Origin: Adineta vaga | Lineage: Eukaryota > Animalia > Rotifera | DNA: 64,000 bases | NCBI GenBank assembly: GCA_021613535.1 | Contig: CP075492.1 | Coordinates: forward strand, 11,222,001-11,286,000 | Direction: 5' to 3' | Shown: one piece after another, positions 28,140 to 41,235 of the stretch | Position numbering within the stretch: the first letter of the stretch is position 1 | Layout: every line of letters starts with the position of its first letter | Made by a program: the position numbers and the translations under genes | Notes under the pieces: generated by a model | What the model saw: only the letters and a program-made list of their open reading frames with translations | What the model was told of the DNA's origin: nothing | Database searches by the model: none

Positions 28140-30603
28140 ATGCTATCATCACCTTTACAAGCACCTTCAACAATGGTAATTTTCAAAAAGAAATCTTTTT
28201 GATTAAGAGAAATAAATCTATTATTTAGGTTGATGATCGAACACTTCGAGCATATTTACGTAATAATTCAGCATGGAATTTAGATGAAAGTGGACCTGGA
28301 CCAGCTATGGATCAGTTTAGTTTATCATCGAGTGGTCACGGTGATCGATTTCTTAATAGTAGTGTCAATTTTCCTACTGAGATGAGGTAAAGAAAAATTG
28401 CTTATTCAATTATCAAAACAAACTGTATCTTTTTCTTTAGATCTGCAAATTTAAATGATATGGTTTCAAATATTATCGATGAAAATGCTGAATATCATCA
28501 AAATGGAATGTTACCAACCTTTCCACAGTATCAAACAATGTCTATGATGATGCCATCAACTTGGTCCCATGCTGAACAATCCGATCAGAATATGCAATAT
28601 ATGCACAAAGTCAGAAAGTAATAATCAATGAAATCTGATATTTCTCGACAGAAGTTTAGAAATGATTCTGTATACATCTCGTGACTATTCTTATTTATTT
28701 TAGTATTATTCCGTCACGACCAACAAAATTTGCTTCATCAAATCTTTCAGAAAGTGGTCATCCACGTAATATTCCAGGTAGATTTTGATCACGTTATAGT
28801 TTTTCTTTCAATTTTCTCTCCATTAGATTCATGTTCAATGCATCCAATTCCTCCCAAAGATATTCAAGTACTTATTCGTAAAGGTGATCATAATGGTATC
28901 AATTCTCTGATAACAAATATATCCTTACAACAATTTCGTCAGATGATTGGTTTACAATACAGTTCAGGTTTAACAACATGCAATGATCGACGATTACCAT
29001 CTTCTTCTTCTTCATCATTACGTACATCAGATACTCGACGTATTTACTCATCAGTAAATCCAAATCATCCACCACTTTCATCATCATCATCAAGTTCATC
29101 ATCATCAACATTACCTATATCCAATAACCGTTTAATCAATGGTTTAAAACAACGATCACCAGATACAATATATTTTCCTAACAATGATCGTCAACATTTA
29201 TCGATGTCTTCTCGTATGTATTAAGATAAAACTTTAATTTTTCTTATCATCTATTCATTTTAGATGATGCTTTGTCTATGAATTTTACTGGTGCTAATGG
29301 AACAATACCTATATGTGATGCTAATTTAACTTCACCTGTAACAACCTGTCAAGATATAAGGTATGAAATCTATAAGAATCTTTCCTTTTCTCTTGAGATA
29401 TCTAGTATAATCTTTCATTTAGCTATTTTCGATCTAACAGGTAGTTATTTTCGTTTTTCTTCATACCTTATTGTGACTTATTCGCACTTATTTTGATATT
29501 TTCCTCTTCTACTGATTTAACTGACATGCTTTTCTTAAAAAGAGAAAAAAAGAAACAAATTTTTCTACATGAAATCTCTCTCTTTTTTAGACGAACAGGA
29601 GTGGCTAATACATTACGTATGTAAATTCAAAATTTCAAATATCTGCTAAGAAATTCCTTCCTATTTAGATATTGCTATTGAAAAATGTTATGAACAATTA
29701 AATTATATTCGTGATAGTTATGCTGAAGTAAGTGAATATCAATAAACTTTAATCTTCAGATTTTTATATAGATTCAAATTTGTTTCTAGACAGAATCCAA
29801 GATTGGTATTCAAACTTTACATAAATCTCCTTCACCATCATTCATGAACGATATAACCAATTCAAATTTTTCGACTTTATCAAATAATCCATCACGTGTC
29901 GATCGATTAATTGCTGAATATCATTATGAATATACTCGAGTAATTGCAATTGAAACTTCATTTGAAAGAGAAAGAACATTTTTCTATTTAGATTGTTCGG
30001 TTACATGAACGTATTAAAGAAAGTTTATCAATGCAAGATATTGAAGCAACTCGACAAACACTTGATGAATGGTTTAATGCAATCAATAACGTACAAGATC
30101 GTCGTCGACAAGAAATTGACAATGCAGCCGAAAAATGTCGTTCAGGTGAACCACGATTACCCGATGAAAAAGGTAAATTCGTTTTTTTTCAAATTTTTCT
30201 TTTTATAAAACGAACTGTGTTCTTTGAATAGATGTTTTACAATTAGCTGAAGCTTTACGAATTTTACGTATAACAACACGAAAAATTCGAACTGTTCTTT
30301 GGTATTGGTTATATTGGTCAACAAATTCAACAACAAATAAAATTCCTTTAATTGCACGTCATCAAGATGAACAACTCAATGACGAATTACACCCACCAAT
30401 ACAAGTAATTATCAATAGATAATCTTTCTCTTGCGAATAAAATGATTTATTTTTAGAATGCAACATTCAATTTCTTTTATCCTTCAATGAATACGGATGA
30501 TGAATCATTGAATGGATTGGATTTGGATGAACAACGAAAGGTTTTATTGAAATCTTCAATATCAACTAATGAAAATAATAAAGAAAATGAATGCAACGAA
30601 TGA
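28140..30603 (+). CDS. MEIOC: Meiosis-specific coiled-coil domain protein homolog
   Basis: Multi-exon. The spliced C-terminal domain RRTGVANTLHIAIEKCYEQL...SNNPSRVDRLIAEYHYEYTRIVRLHERI...LDEWFNAINNVQDRRRQEIDNA...PRLPDEKDVLQLAEALRILRITTRKIRTVLW matches the recalled MEIOC domain (NPSRVDRLI...RRKDEIVNA...RDVFALA...TRKTRTALW). The N-terminal half is low-complexity, as in MEIOC. Confidence 0.85.
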
Positions 30604-31154
30604 TAGTTCATGAGATTTCTTTTTATTTCTATTATGATAATCTCGAAAAGCATTTTTCTGTGTTCTTATTTGACTTAACCCGTCCATATTAGAGATGCAT
30701 TTTTTGTGACAGAAAAAAGGAAAAGCTTAATCTCATTTTTGTTTGTTTGTTTTGTTTTTCCTTTTCTTATACTCCGGTAGTTTGTATATACAGATCTTTC
30801 TCTATCAGAATTGTTCATTGGGCTTTTTTTGTGATAGGAACAGTTGAAAATACTGTCGTATTAATTTTGTTGCTGTTGTTGTTGTTGTTGTTGATATTAT
30901 TATTATTATTATTGTACTTCTCACTAGTCGTTTTCTGTTTTATTTCTTGTATTCAACATTGAGAAAAGATATGATTCACAACGCGTCCGGTGACGTATGT
31001 GTTTGTTTCTTGAAATGCTTTTTTTCTCTCTCTTTCATTCTCTTGCTAAATCAATCTTTATTTGTTAGATTTTTGTTTGTTTATTCAATCTTAATGTAGT
31101 TCTATGTGTGTATCTAGAAAATAAAAAGTTTTCAATGAGATTTAAGACTAAATT

Positions 31155-31952
31155 CTAATCGCGATGAGTGAAGTGATGACGATATTGAAGAAATAAGCCC
31201 GACAAAGTAAAACATGTTCCACCACAAATAAAAAGAATTCCTGCTCGAAGTCCTTCGGCATCATTGGTATTCAATGATGGAAGAAAAAAGATTGTACCGA
31301 AAAAATAAAAGACACCACCGAGTCCTGCAAAACCATCGACACCTAATGCTGGAATATCATTCATTAGATTTGATAAACGAAAGTGACGATCTTGAGGATT
31401 GTGCACATTCGTACAAGCAGCACGGTAAACTTTCCAGCCTTGTGAAACATAGATGAAAGTTGATCCGATGATGAAAAACCATTCGCCTAAGACTAATTCA
31501 TCTTTAAATGCCGGAATGAACAAAATTGAACCAGCAAGATAAAATGCAGAGCCGCAAGCAGATGTGAAAAAGTTTATACCAACTTCAGCTCGTTCATATC
31601 GACCACTATATGTATTTTGTGCATGTTGAAAACGATGTGTATTTTGAGTTTCCATTATTGATCGATATTTCTGATCGAAACAACAACCAATTCGATAATA
31701 CCACCATTCTTGCAGGTCAGCAAGTAAGAAGAAGAACGAACCGATCGTAAATAACCATCCACCAATTGAAAATGCTGACGAATAATTATTATAGACACTT
31801 GGTAAATACATACATGATCCACTAATGAAAGTTAAACCACCGATCATATAATGTGTACCATGAAATAATCGCCATAATGGTGATTGTGGTCGTTCAAGAA
31901 TATTATCGCCTGGAAATGCAATTAAATGTGCTTCTTCGTTTGATGTAGTCAT
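31155..31952 (-). CDS. Intronless 6-TM membrane protein with three YrhK-like repeats
   Basis: Three repeats of 'GGxxF/YxxGSxxF/YxP...G.xLFxxG': IGGLTFISGSCMYLP..GGWLFTIGS; CGSAFYLAGSILFIP..GEWFFIIGS; LGGVFYFFGTIFFLP..AGILFICGG. Single 265-aa ORF. Confidence 0.75.
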   Translation of the reverse strand: MTTSNEEAHLIAFPGDNILERPQSPLWRLFHGTHYMIGGLTFISGSCMYLPSVYNNYSSAFSIGGWLFTIGSFFFLLADLQEWWYYRIGCCFDQKYRSIMETQNTHRFQHAQNTYSGRYERAEVGINFFTSACGSAFYLAGSILFIPAFKDELVLGEWFFIIGSTFIYVSQGWKVYRAACTNVHNPQDRHFRLSNLMNDIPALGVDGFAGLGGVFYFFGTIFFLPSLNTNDAEGLRAGILFICGGTCFTLSGLFLQYRHHFTHRD

Positions 31953-33743
31953 GGTTTCTTTGGTAAGATTAAATTCGAATGTGAAATATATAATATTCTT
32001 CTCTTTCTTTGTCGATATAGATATCTGTTATTTACCTCGAAAAATACAAAAAAAACTATGCTTTGACTCGTTTTTCTCTCTCACATGTGGTGGTACCATA
32101 TAAGAAGTAGAAGACGAAGAGAAAAAGAAAAAGGAAAAGAAAAGTAAAAGAGAAACATCATAACGGCAACTACGGTTGCATTCATATTTATCTATGTAAT
32201 ACATGTTGACATTCGTATATGGGAACAGGGTGGTTGATAAAAAGGAGAAGAAAAAACATGTTAGATGATCCGCACTCATTCGAGTAGTTTGTAACCTGGA
32301 AAAAGCAAGATTTATTTATAGTAAAATAAAAGACTTTTGTGCAGAAAAAATACAACTTCAAGGTACCGTTAATAGAAAGATGTTAGTTTTATTTATTTCA
32401 CATTAATTGTAAATAATCTGATCAAAACGATTTGACTTGATGTTGATAGATCGTTATTAAATATCATTATCGAACTTGCGGTAAAGTATTTTTTATTGAT
32501 TAATAATGAATTGAATGGACTTTTGCTCGAAAATTACCATTAGCTGCTTTTTACATTGACACTTTCTGTTATACAACTTATTCTTTTTGACCTTCAATCA
32601 GGGTTATTGGGATCTGGGATATCATCAACAAGCTTTTTTCTTGTCGTATTGTTTTCTGTACTCTTGTACGATCAACCAACTATGAATCGTTATTTATTTT
32701 GAATATAGTACTCATACTTTGTTCTTTGATGAAATTCAAATGAATATAATACGATAACTATAATCACAGAAATATCTAACCTGTTATTATACGTTATTTT
32801 AGATTTAATGAGCACTAATGAACTATGAGAGTTCTTCTATTTTTTTAAAGTACGCAACAATATTATATAAGTACTTTGGTTTTAAATGAGATCTTCTCAC
32901 GAAAAATTCTCATTCGATCAGTTATTGATTAGCTTAAAGTGTCGATGATAATCGAACAATCTATTCATAAAAGAAATACCGACGATACTCTTTTTTTTGC
33001 TATTGAGATAAAAGCAAAAGAAGTTCTTTCTTCATCATCCTCAAAAAGTACTTCTTAATCAAATTTTCGCACTAATCAATTTTGATTACTATGCGAAGGA
33101 CGATTAATTATCGATGTCATTTATCAAATATTTCTTGATAGAATTTTCTGAGTACAATGAATTCTCGTTCATTCTAAGGTGACTGTACTCAATATTGCAA
33201 CATCCGTTGAGGAAAGGAGAAAACCAATTAGGTAAATTTCCTGTGAATTTAATCAACATATAGTTCTTGTACTACGCACAGTAATTTATCAAGTATTATC
33301 GTTCATTGATATTCAAATGAAAGATTCTTTTACGTAATAAACTATTATATAGAGATTTTATTTTGAAAAAATGTCAGAATTTTCTAATGAAATCTAATCA
33401 TAGAAAAGCTGATTAGTTGCTTGAAACAAAAAGACAAAGAAAAACTGAATAAATCAATATATCTCACTCGATATTTTGTAAATCTATTTACCTTGTTCTT
33501 GCTATTCTTTTTTTGTTCGTATATATATGCCTACACATTGGTATATACAAACTAGATAGGGATTAGTCAAATTTTGTATGTCATTCGTTGTTGATGATTG
33601 AATTATACCCGAATGAATAAAACAATGGATGAAATAGACATCAACATTTCTCCTTGATTCATATGTCTATCAACATTAAATCAAACTAGGAATCAACTAA
33701 AAACTGTCGTTTACGCTTCTTTCGAATAGTAATCAAAAAATCT

Positions 33744-34232
33744 ATGGATGATATTGAATATCCTGTATTTAAATCTATTGATGGACCTTGGATTGCCTTA
33801 CTTATTATCGGTATTTTAATGTTCATATCATCTCTTATTGGTGTTGTATTACTTTATATTGTTTGGCGTCGTTTTAATCAACAATCACCGATTAGAAATG
33901 CAACTTATAAACCAAATGGTAATATAAAAATACCAATAGAAATTAATGAACGTCAACCACAAACTTATGAAACACAAGTAAAATTATGAAAATGATAATT
34001 TTTCAACAAAAACAAAATGTTTTCTATTTGTTTTAGAAAATGGAAGTATTTGTTCCACAAGTGGAAGATGTTCTTAATCAACGAGATTTAAATGAATATT
34101 TTCCAACTTTCAATCCAGAAGATGCAATACAAACAGTACATAATACATATCAAAGGTTTAAATTTTAAATAAAAGATATTGTTTTCATACTTTATCTTTT
34201 TCTTTCTCTTTAGAACGAAAGCTTATTTTTAA
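33744..34232 (+). CDS. Small single-pass membrane protein with a cadherin-tail-like YETQ motif
   Basis: Exons 33744-33977, 34037-34155, 34214-34232: MDDIEY...TM WIALLIIGILMFISSLIGVVLLYIVW-RR...QTYETQKMEVFVP...RTKAYF*. Confidence 0.7.
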
Positions 34233-37200
34233 ATCAATTAAAATTTTTTGTATTATAATGAATTTTTATATTTAGTAAAAATTTTCTTTGCTTGTAAAAT
34301 CAATCTCTATGTATTCTTTTTTCGTTTTTCAATAATCAAAAGTAAATATTATTCGACATGCCGCAAATATGCCAATAGATGTCTTCATTTACGTTAACTG
34401 TCATATGTCATTTTTTTACATCCATCATCTGGTCTATTATGATCAAGTCAATGAAAAACAATACAAATGCTAATACATTCTTTTTCTTCTTTTTAAGAAT
34501 GTCATCGAACACTTTGATTGCGACTAATAGATCTCAAGCTGTTTATCTGACATTTTTCGATGACATTGATTCAGTATATCAAAAACTAATTGTTTGAAAT
34601 ATCTTTCGAAGTGTTTGTTTTTTTCGTAATTATCAATTTTTACTTGAACAAATCTTAATTTAAAGGTAAACACAAATAAGATTTTCTTTTTATAGGATTT
34701 CTATTCATCAGTAACTCATCTGTAATGCGCTTTGAAATTCTATTTTTTTTCTTCTGCAATATTAATAGTGAAACGAGAAGGGAAAAAATTTCCTTTTTAA
34801 TAAATGATGCATCACTGAGTAGTATGTTTTTCTTCTCTCACATGTTTAAGCAAATTACACAGTAAAATTTGCACAATCCTAGTATTAAAGATTTTATTCC
34901 AGCTAAACGTTTTTCACATGATAATTTATCAAAAACACCGTGAATTAACTTTTCACTAATGAAAAGATGAATATTATCAAGATTGTCAAACTTAATTCAA
35001 TTAATTTTCTTTTGTCTTCCAATTTTGATGACGTTATTCGTTTTATATATATATATAGAGAGAGAGACAGATAGTTTTTCTATGAAGACAAAAGACAATT
35101 TTACGGCTTGCACATGAATTTTGTCGATGTTTTGTATTAGTTATTCAATGCATTGAACTACTGCCAATCAACAAAAGCAGAAACATAAGAGAGAGACACA
35201 GAAAAAGGAATGTAAAAGAGGAAATAGAAGCGAAAGTGATCCTGGAAACAACACGGGAAATAGTCTGGATGCTCTGTTGCACCCTTTTCATTACTTGCTC
35301 GCCGCCAAAGCAATGATGAAGACGGAAGCAAGGGAATCAACATGGAAGAATAGAATGAGAAAAGAGTAGGATAGAAAAAGAGAGAAGAGCGAAAAAACGC
35401 GTTTTTATTGATGAACAAAGGAAATTTTATCTTTTGCCTCTCATTCAGACTGTTCTGCAGTCTATTCTACAATAGTATGCGCTCTTTTTTTTTTGCTACA
35501 ATTTGCGACCGTCCATGACTAGCGTTAAAGGAATGGGAAAAGAGAGAGCAAGAGCGAGAGCGAAATGAGAGAGAGAGAGGGAGAATAACAGAACAAGGAA
35601 AAGAAGAAGTGCAAATGTAAAAGAAATTTTCTTCTATATGTGCTTTTCCATTACAATCATCACTAGTTCTACAGCAAACATTAGATTTAGACTAGGAAAA
35701 CATGTGTTTGATAGAGTGAATGGTAGAGTTAAGATAGAAAGAAGCAATCGTTATTGTAATGAAATACTCTTCGTCGTTTTTCTTCTTCTTCTTCGTCTTC
35801 TTTTCATCGTTATGGAAGCTTTTAGACATCGACATCCATATCCATAGTTAGCATGCCAAATCATGATGTTGAACAGGGAAGTGAATGAAAATGAAGAAAA
35901 AAAAACGACTTGCGTACTCTACACCACGACCAGGCGACTGCAAATGCTCAAGTGAGGAAGTTAGGCACGCTATGCATGCACGGCATATAAATATATAAAG
36001 CTGAATCATACTCATGTCCTTGTCTCTCGTATTTAATGATGTCAACGGCAGACTCTTGCATATATCTAACTGTTAACATTACTCTGAAACAGTCGTCTGA
36101 ATATATCTTTCTTTTCTTGTTTTTTCTTCTTCATCATATTATTAGATCTGTACAGAATTTCTCTTGATTATGCTTATCCAATGTGTAAAGATGGACGCTG
36201 CGCGCGTTCGCAATCTTTTCTTCGGCATTTTTTTTCCTCATATGCAATTTTTCCATCTATCGATATCTATTAAAGTATATATTAACTACAGAGAAATGCT
36301 ACCGAGCATCATCGTTTGACATTAATCGAGCTGCTGTTTGTCATTTCCACATATTTTCCGCCATAAAAACATCTAATGAGCATTCATCTATATACTCTTC
36401 AAACTAGCTAATGATTCGAATGATGACAGACATTTACCGGTTTTCACATCATATTTATTTCATTTCTTCTTCGTTGTTTATTAACATGTTTTTATTATTT
36501 GGCAAAATTTTGACAATAGTTATAATCATTCGAATTGATGATATGCTTCCGTTTTTCATTCTTATTTTTACCTACTTTTGTCTACTTTATACTTCTCTAA
36601 TGTCATGCATCAATTACAAGATAAAGAATCTGTGTTTTCCACCTGATTACACGGAAAACAATTTTTTCCCTTTTTCTCTCCTCCTCTTTTTTTTCTCCAG
36701 TCTTCTTTTATATTTTCTTTCTTTAGGGTTTGCCATTTTTGCGCACATCTCCCTCCCTCCCTCTCTCTCTCTCTCTCTTTCATTAATACGAAGTTTTTCT
36801 CTGCTTCTCCTTGTCATATATGTCTCTATGTAAGGGTTCCACGAGAAAGAAAGACTACATCAAGCTTTTCTAGTTAGAACATATACGTCAACGATTTAAT
36901 CTCTTTTATTTTCGTTGTTCTGCTCTTTTGCTTCTTCTCGCGTTTTTCTCTTTCACTCTTATTCTCATTCGTATATCCAATTATCAATTCCACTTGATTA
37001 AATTGAACATACTTAGGCATGACAAAATATATATACACATGTGTATGTGTTTTATAATCAATATTATAATTATGTGGATGAGGTAAGTCGTTCGTAAATA
37101 TCGAAACATTGAAAAGCATATTTGTGTTATTTAAAAACGGAACAAATATTTTCCATACTTTTTATTTGACATTTAAGAATGTAGTTCCGAGAATGTATGC

Positions 37201-38136
37201 TGTGAATAATTGACGTATTTAGAAGAAAAAAAAAGGAAAAGCAAAATCGTCGAAGCGGACCTGTCAACTTATAACACTTGGTATTTTCTCTGTTTTACAC
37301 GCAGAGATTTGTTTGATTGTTTGATTGTTTTCGAATTCAATTGTTATCTTTAAAGTCGACGGAGAGTTTCTTGACGAAAATAGTTGTTTTTTTTGACATT
37401 TTTAATCATAATTCTATCCGACAGTCTCAACCTCAAGAGAAGATTATGAAAATCTTTCTCTTCTAAGTTCAAGATAAGTACTAAATGAGTTTCTTTTGCC
37501 TTCTTTTTTCACATCTATTGACATTGAGTTAAAATACGTGATTTAGATTAAATCAATAGAATGACGAAAGAGAAACTTTTTCTCAGATGTTCTTCTCTAA
37601 AAACGCCTCTATTCTTCTTCTTGTCTTTCTCGATCAAGTGCATTTCCATCAAAAAAATGTATCAAAAGATGTCGGAAAAAAGAACTACACTCAGATTTTC
37701 GCCTCATTCTATCTAAAAGAAAGAAAATTCATATTCAATCATCCGTTTAGGTTACATCACTCCATCATCATCACGTTTACTTATGCATCATTTTGTGACA
37801 TATACAACTGTTTTTGATAGAACAACTTGATTGTAGTTAATTCATCTATACACTACATCAATCATTTCTCTCTGTACTATAAATAAATGTTTCGGACTTT
37901 TGTTGAAACAAAAAAAAATGAACAATTTGTTATTTTTTTCTTTTGAATTTCAGATTATTTTGCTGCTGTTGTTGACCGATGGTTTGCATGTCAGGCCACA
38001 CGTCAGCTATATGTATGAAGACAAGATAAACTTGTGCTTACTACGTTTTGATCGAATCGGTCAGAACATCTACATCGATGTGCTTTTCGTGCAAGCATAT
38101 TGTGAAAATTTCTTGATAGTTGTTGACGTTTATCGT

Positions 38137-41100
38137 ATGGCCGATGCCGATAATCGGGTTATTCTAAATGTTGGCGGTATTCGCCATGAAACCTGTAAGT
38201 CGAAGAAAACATTTCTTACAATTGATTGATGAGACAATTTTTTTTTCTTCCAGATAAAGCTACATTGAAAAAGATTCCTGCTACAAGACTTTCCCGTCTT
38301 ACAGAAGCTCTATCAAATTATGATGCTGTCCTCAATGAATTCTATTTCGATCGACATCCAGGTGTTTTCGCACAAATATTGAATTATTACCGTACTGGTA
38401 AATTACATTATCCAACAGATGTTTGTGGTCCTTTGTTTGAAACTGAACTTGAATATTGGGGTCTTGATGCAAATCAAGTTGAACCTTGTTGTTGGATGAC
38501 ATATACAACTCATCGGTAAGAAGAGAAAAACAGCCAGACAAAAATTGAATATATATATATTATTAAAAACAATTCTTCTTGTTTTTTTTCTTTTTATAGA
38601 GATACTCAAGATGTTCTTGTAGGTCTTGACCGTTTAGATCTCGATGCTGAACCTATAACTGAAGAAGAGATACCACATAAATTTGGTTGGGATTATGATC
38701 CAACTATACGTCATAAAAATATGAGTCTGCAAGAATATATGAACTTATTACCATGGTATACACGTTTTCAACCACGTGTTTGGCAACTATTTGAAGAACC
38801 CTATTCAAGTAGTGCAGCAAAAGTACGTTCTTATTTTGAAATTGTTTCCTATGCAATGAATTTCCTATATGTATATTTTTTCTTCTTCTTAGGCTATACA
38901 AGTTGTTTCAATCTTCTTTATACTTGTTTCTATTATATCATTTTGTTTGAAAACTCATCCAACAATGCGTGTACCAACGATCGCATTCATCGATAATAAT
39001 TTTACCAATGTAACACCAACATATACACTGTATAAAGAAAGAACAGAAGCACATGAAGCATTTCAGTATATTGAAATAGTATGCAATGGTAAAGGAATCA
39101 AAAGAAATCGATTTGAAATGAATTGTTATTTTATGATAAATATGATCTTTTTTTTGTTTTTAGTTTGGTTTACATTTGAAATTATAACACGTTTTATAGT
39201 TTCACCAAAGAAATTTGGTTTTGTTAAATCACCTGTAAATATCATAGACTTTCTTGCAACTTTATCATTCTATCTTGACATCTTATTTAATAAATTCCTC
39301 CCGCCATCATATACTAATACGGATTTATTTGAATTCTTTTCTATTACACGTATTTTTCGTCTATTCAAATTAACACGTCATTATGGAGGATTAAAAATTC
39401 TTATACATACATTTACCGCTTCGATGCGTGAATTAATGTTACTTATCTTTTTTCTTGTTCTCTTTATTGTCATATTTGCATCGTTAATTTATTATGCTGA
39501 ACGTTTACAAAAAAATCCTGAGAATGATTTTACATCGATACCAATTGGTCTTTGGTGGTCAATTGTAACAATGACTACAGTTGGTTATGGTGATATGGTA
39601 CCGAAAACTTATGTCGGTATGATGGTTGGTGGCTTATGTGCATTAACAGGTGTATTAACGATTGCTCTACCCGTACCTGTTATTGTAGCTAACTTTGCTA
39701 TGTATTATTCTCATACACAAGCACGATCGAAATTACCGAAAAAACGACGACGAGTAATGGCTGTAGAACCAGTTAGACCGGCAAGAGGTCCAGGTGGTGG
39801 TGGTGGCGGTGCCGGTGGTGGTCCACCAGGTGGTGGTGGTGGAGGAGCTTTGAGTAAATTCGGTATAGAAGCTGGAATGGGTGGAGGACCTGGTGGACCA
39901 CCTGGTGGTGGTCCTAAAAAGAATGTTATAAAACAAGGAGGTGGTGGTATGGCTGCAAAACTTGGTATGACTGAGAATAATATTGTTCACAATCGTATTG
40001 GTAAGATATAGTTATATTTAAATGACTCTGACATATTTACATTTTCTTAATCAGAAATAAGATCTCGTTTGGGACATTGAGTTTTAGTTTCTAATCTCTT
40101 CTATTTAGTTACCAATAATTTTCAAACATTCCTCGAAGGTATATCATTGCTTTAATCTACTATTTTTCTTCATCTTCTTCTTCTTCGATCTATATATATA
40201 TATATACGTCTCAATTTGATCTATTTTTGTTATTCTCATAGTAAACTCGATCTATATATTTGTCGCTACTGACTTCTCCTTATCCTTCTCTCTCTCTCTC
40301 TGCTGTTTTTGTAGTTACTGATCTAAATAGACAAAGTTAATCTTTTTTTCTCTACATAACTCAGATACCCAAAATTTTAATCGATTTTCTTGTCAATTAA
40401 GTCGATATTTCATCCATTTACATAGGACATGGTGATGAAGAACGTATACCAATGATCCAACCGAGTCCGAAAATTAGTAGCCATCATCATGTGGCTAAAG
40501 TTTAACTATAAAAACACACATACACACTAACTGATATTAAATAAACTCGGATCATTTGAATCTCTAGGTACGATACTAAAATTGCATTTTCTGCTCGTTT
40601 TCAGTTCCGTTTCGTTCGAATAATATAACACGCACTGATATGATTTTCTTTATTTTTATCATTTACACACGCACGATTTTTGTTTTTGATTATTTGTATG
40701 AGCTTGTTTTTTTTCTCGAAAAGAGAGAGAGAGATACAAGAAAGAAGAAAGTTCAAGTATAAATATATCTACATTTCGTAATGAATACATTTCTTTAGAA
40801 GACCATGCATTGTGATATATGAAATGAAAATTTGTAAGTTTTAGTAGATATATTCTTATTTTCTACCCTTTTGCTCTCTCTCTCTCTCTCTCTCTGGTTT
40901 TGTTCTTCATTCTTCACTCTTCACATTCATCATATTTCTACCCGCATGTTAAATTCATTTATGATAGTAGTTTTTGTTGTAGTAATTATTTGTTGTTATT
41001 GTTCGTGATAATTCTTTTTTATTTCTTTTTAATGAGAACCGTTTGAAAAAAAAAACCATTTCTTATTTCTCTTTTTATAGAAGAAATGGAAATGAAAATA

Positions 41101-41235
41101 GAAAGTGCAAATACGTCGCCAATAAATAATAGCACAAGTACAATTGATAATCAAAATGATGGTCACCCTCATGGACAACATTCATCGTCTCGTATTCAAT
41201 CATCACGAACAGTTCTTACTGAAGTTGTATCTTGA
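38137..41235 (+). CDS. Shaw: Voltage-gated K+ channel, Kv3/Shaw family (alternative C-termini)
   Basis: [39 protein letters not shown]...[31 protein letters not shown]...VEPCCW; S4 [19 protein letters not shown]; [14 protein letters not shown]; [21 protein letters not shown]. Candidate terminal exons extend to 41235. Confidence 0.95.

Noticed and set aside
30747-30962. Leu-rich hydrophobic ORF
   Set aside because: Produced by (TTG)n/(TTA)n simple repeats in a 3'UTR or intergenic region.
33149-33191. 8-bp inverted repeat TGAGTACA...TGTACTCA
   Set aside because: Too short to support a MITE or structured RNA; expected by chance.
35100-37900. Several F/L/S-rich ORFs upstream of Shaw
   Set aside because: Translations of purine/pyrimidine tracts and (CT)n repeats; best explained as Shaw regulatory region and 5'UTR introns.
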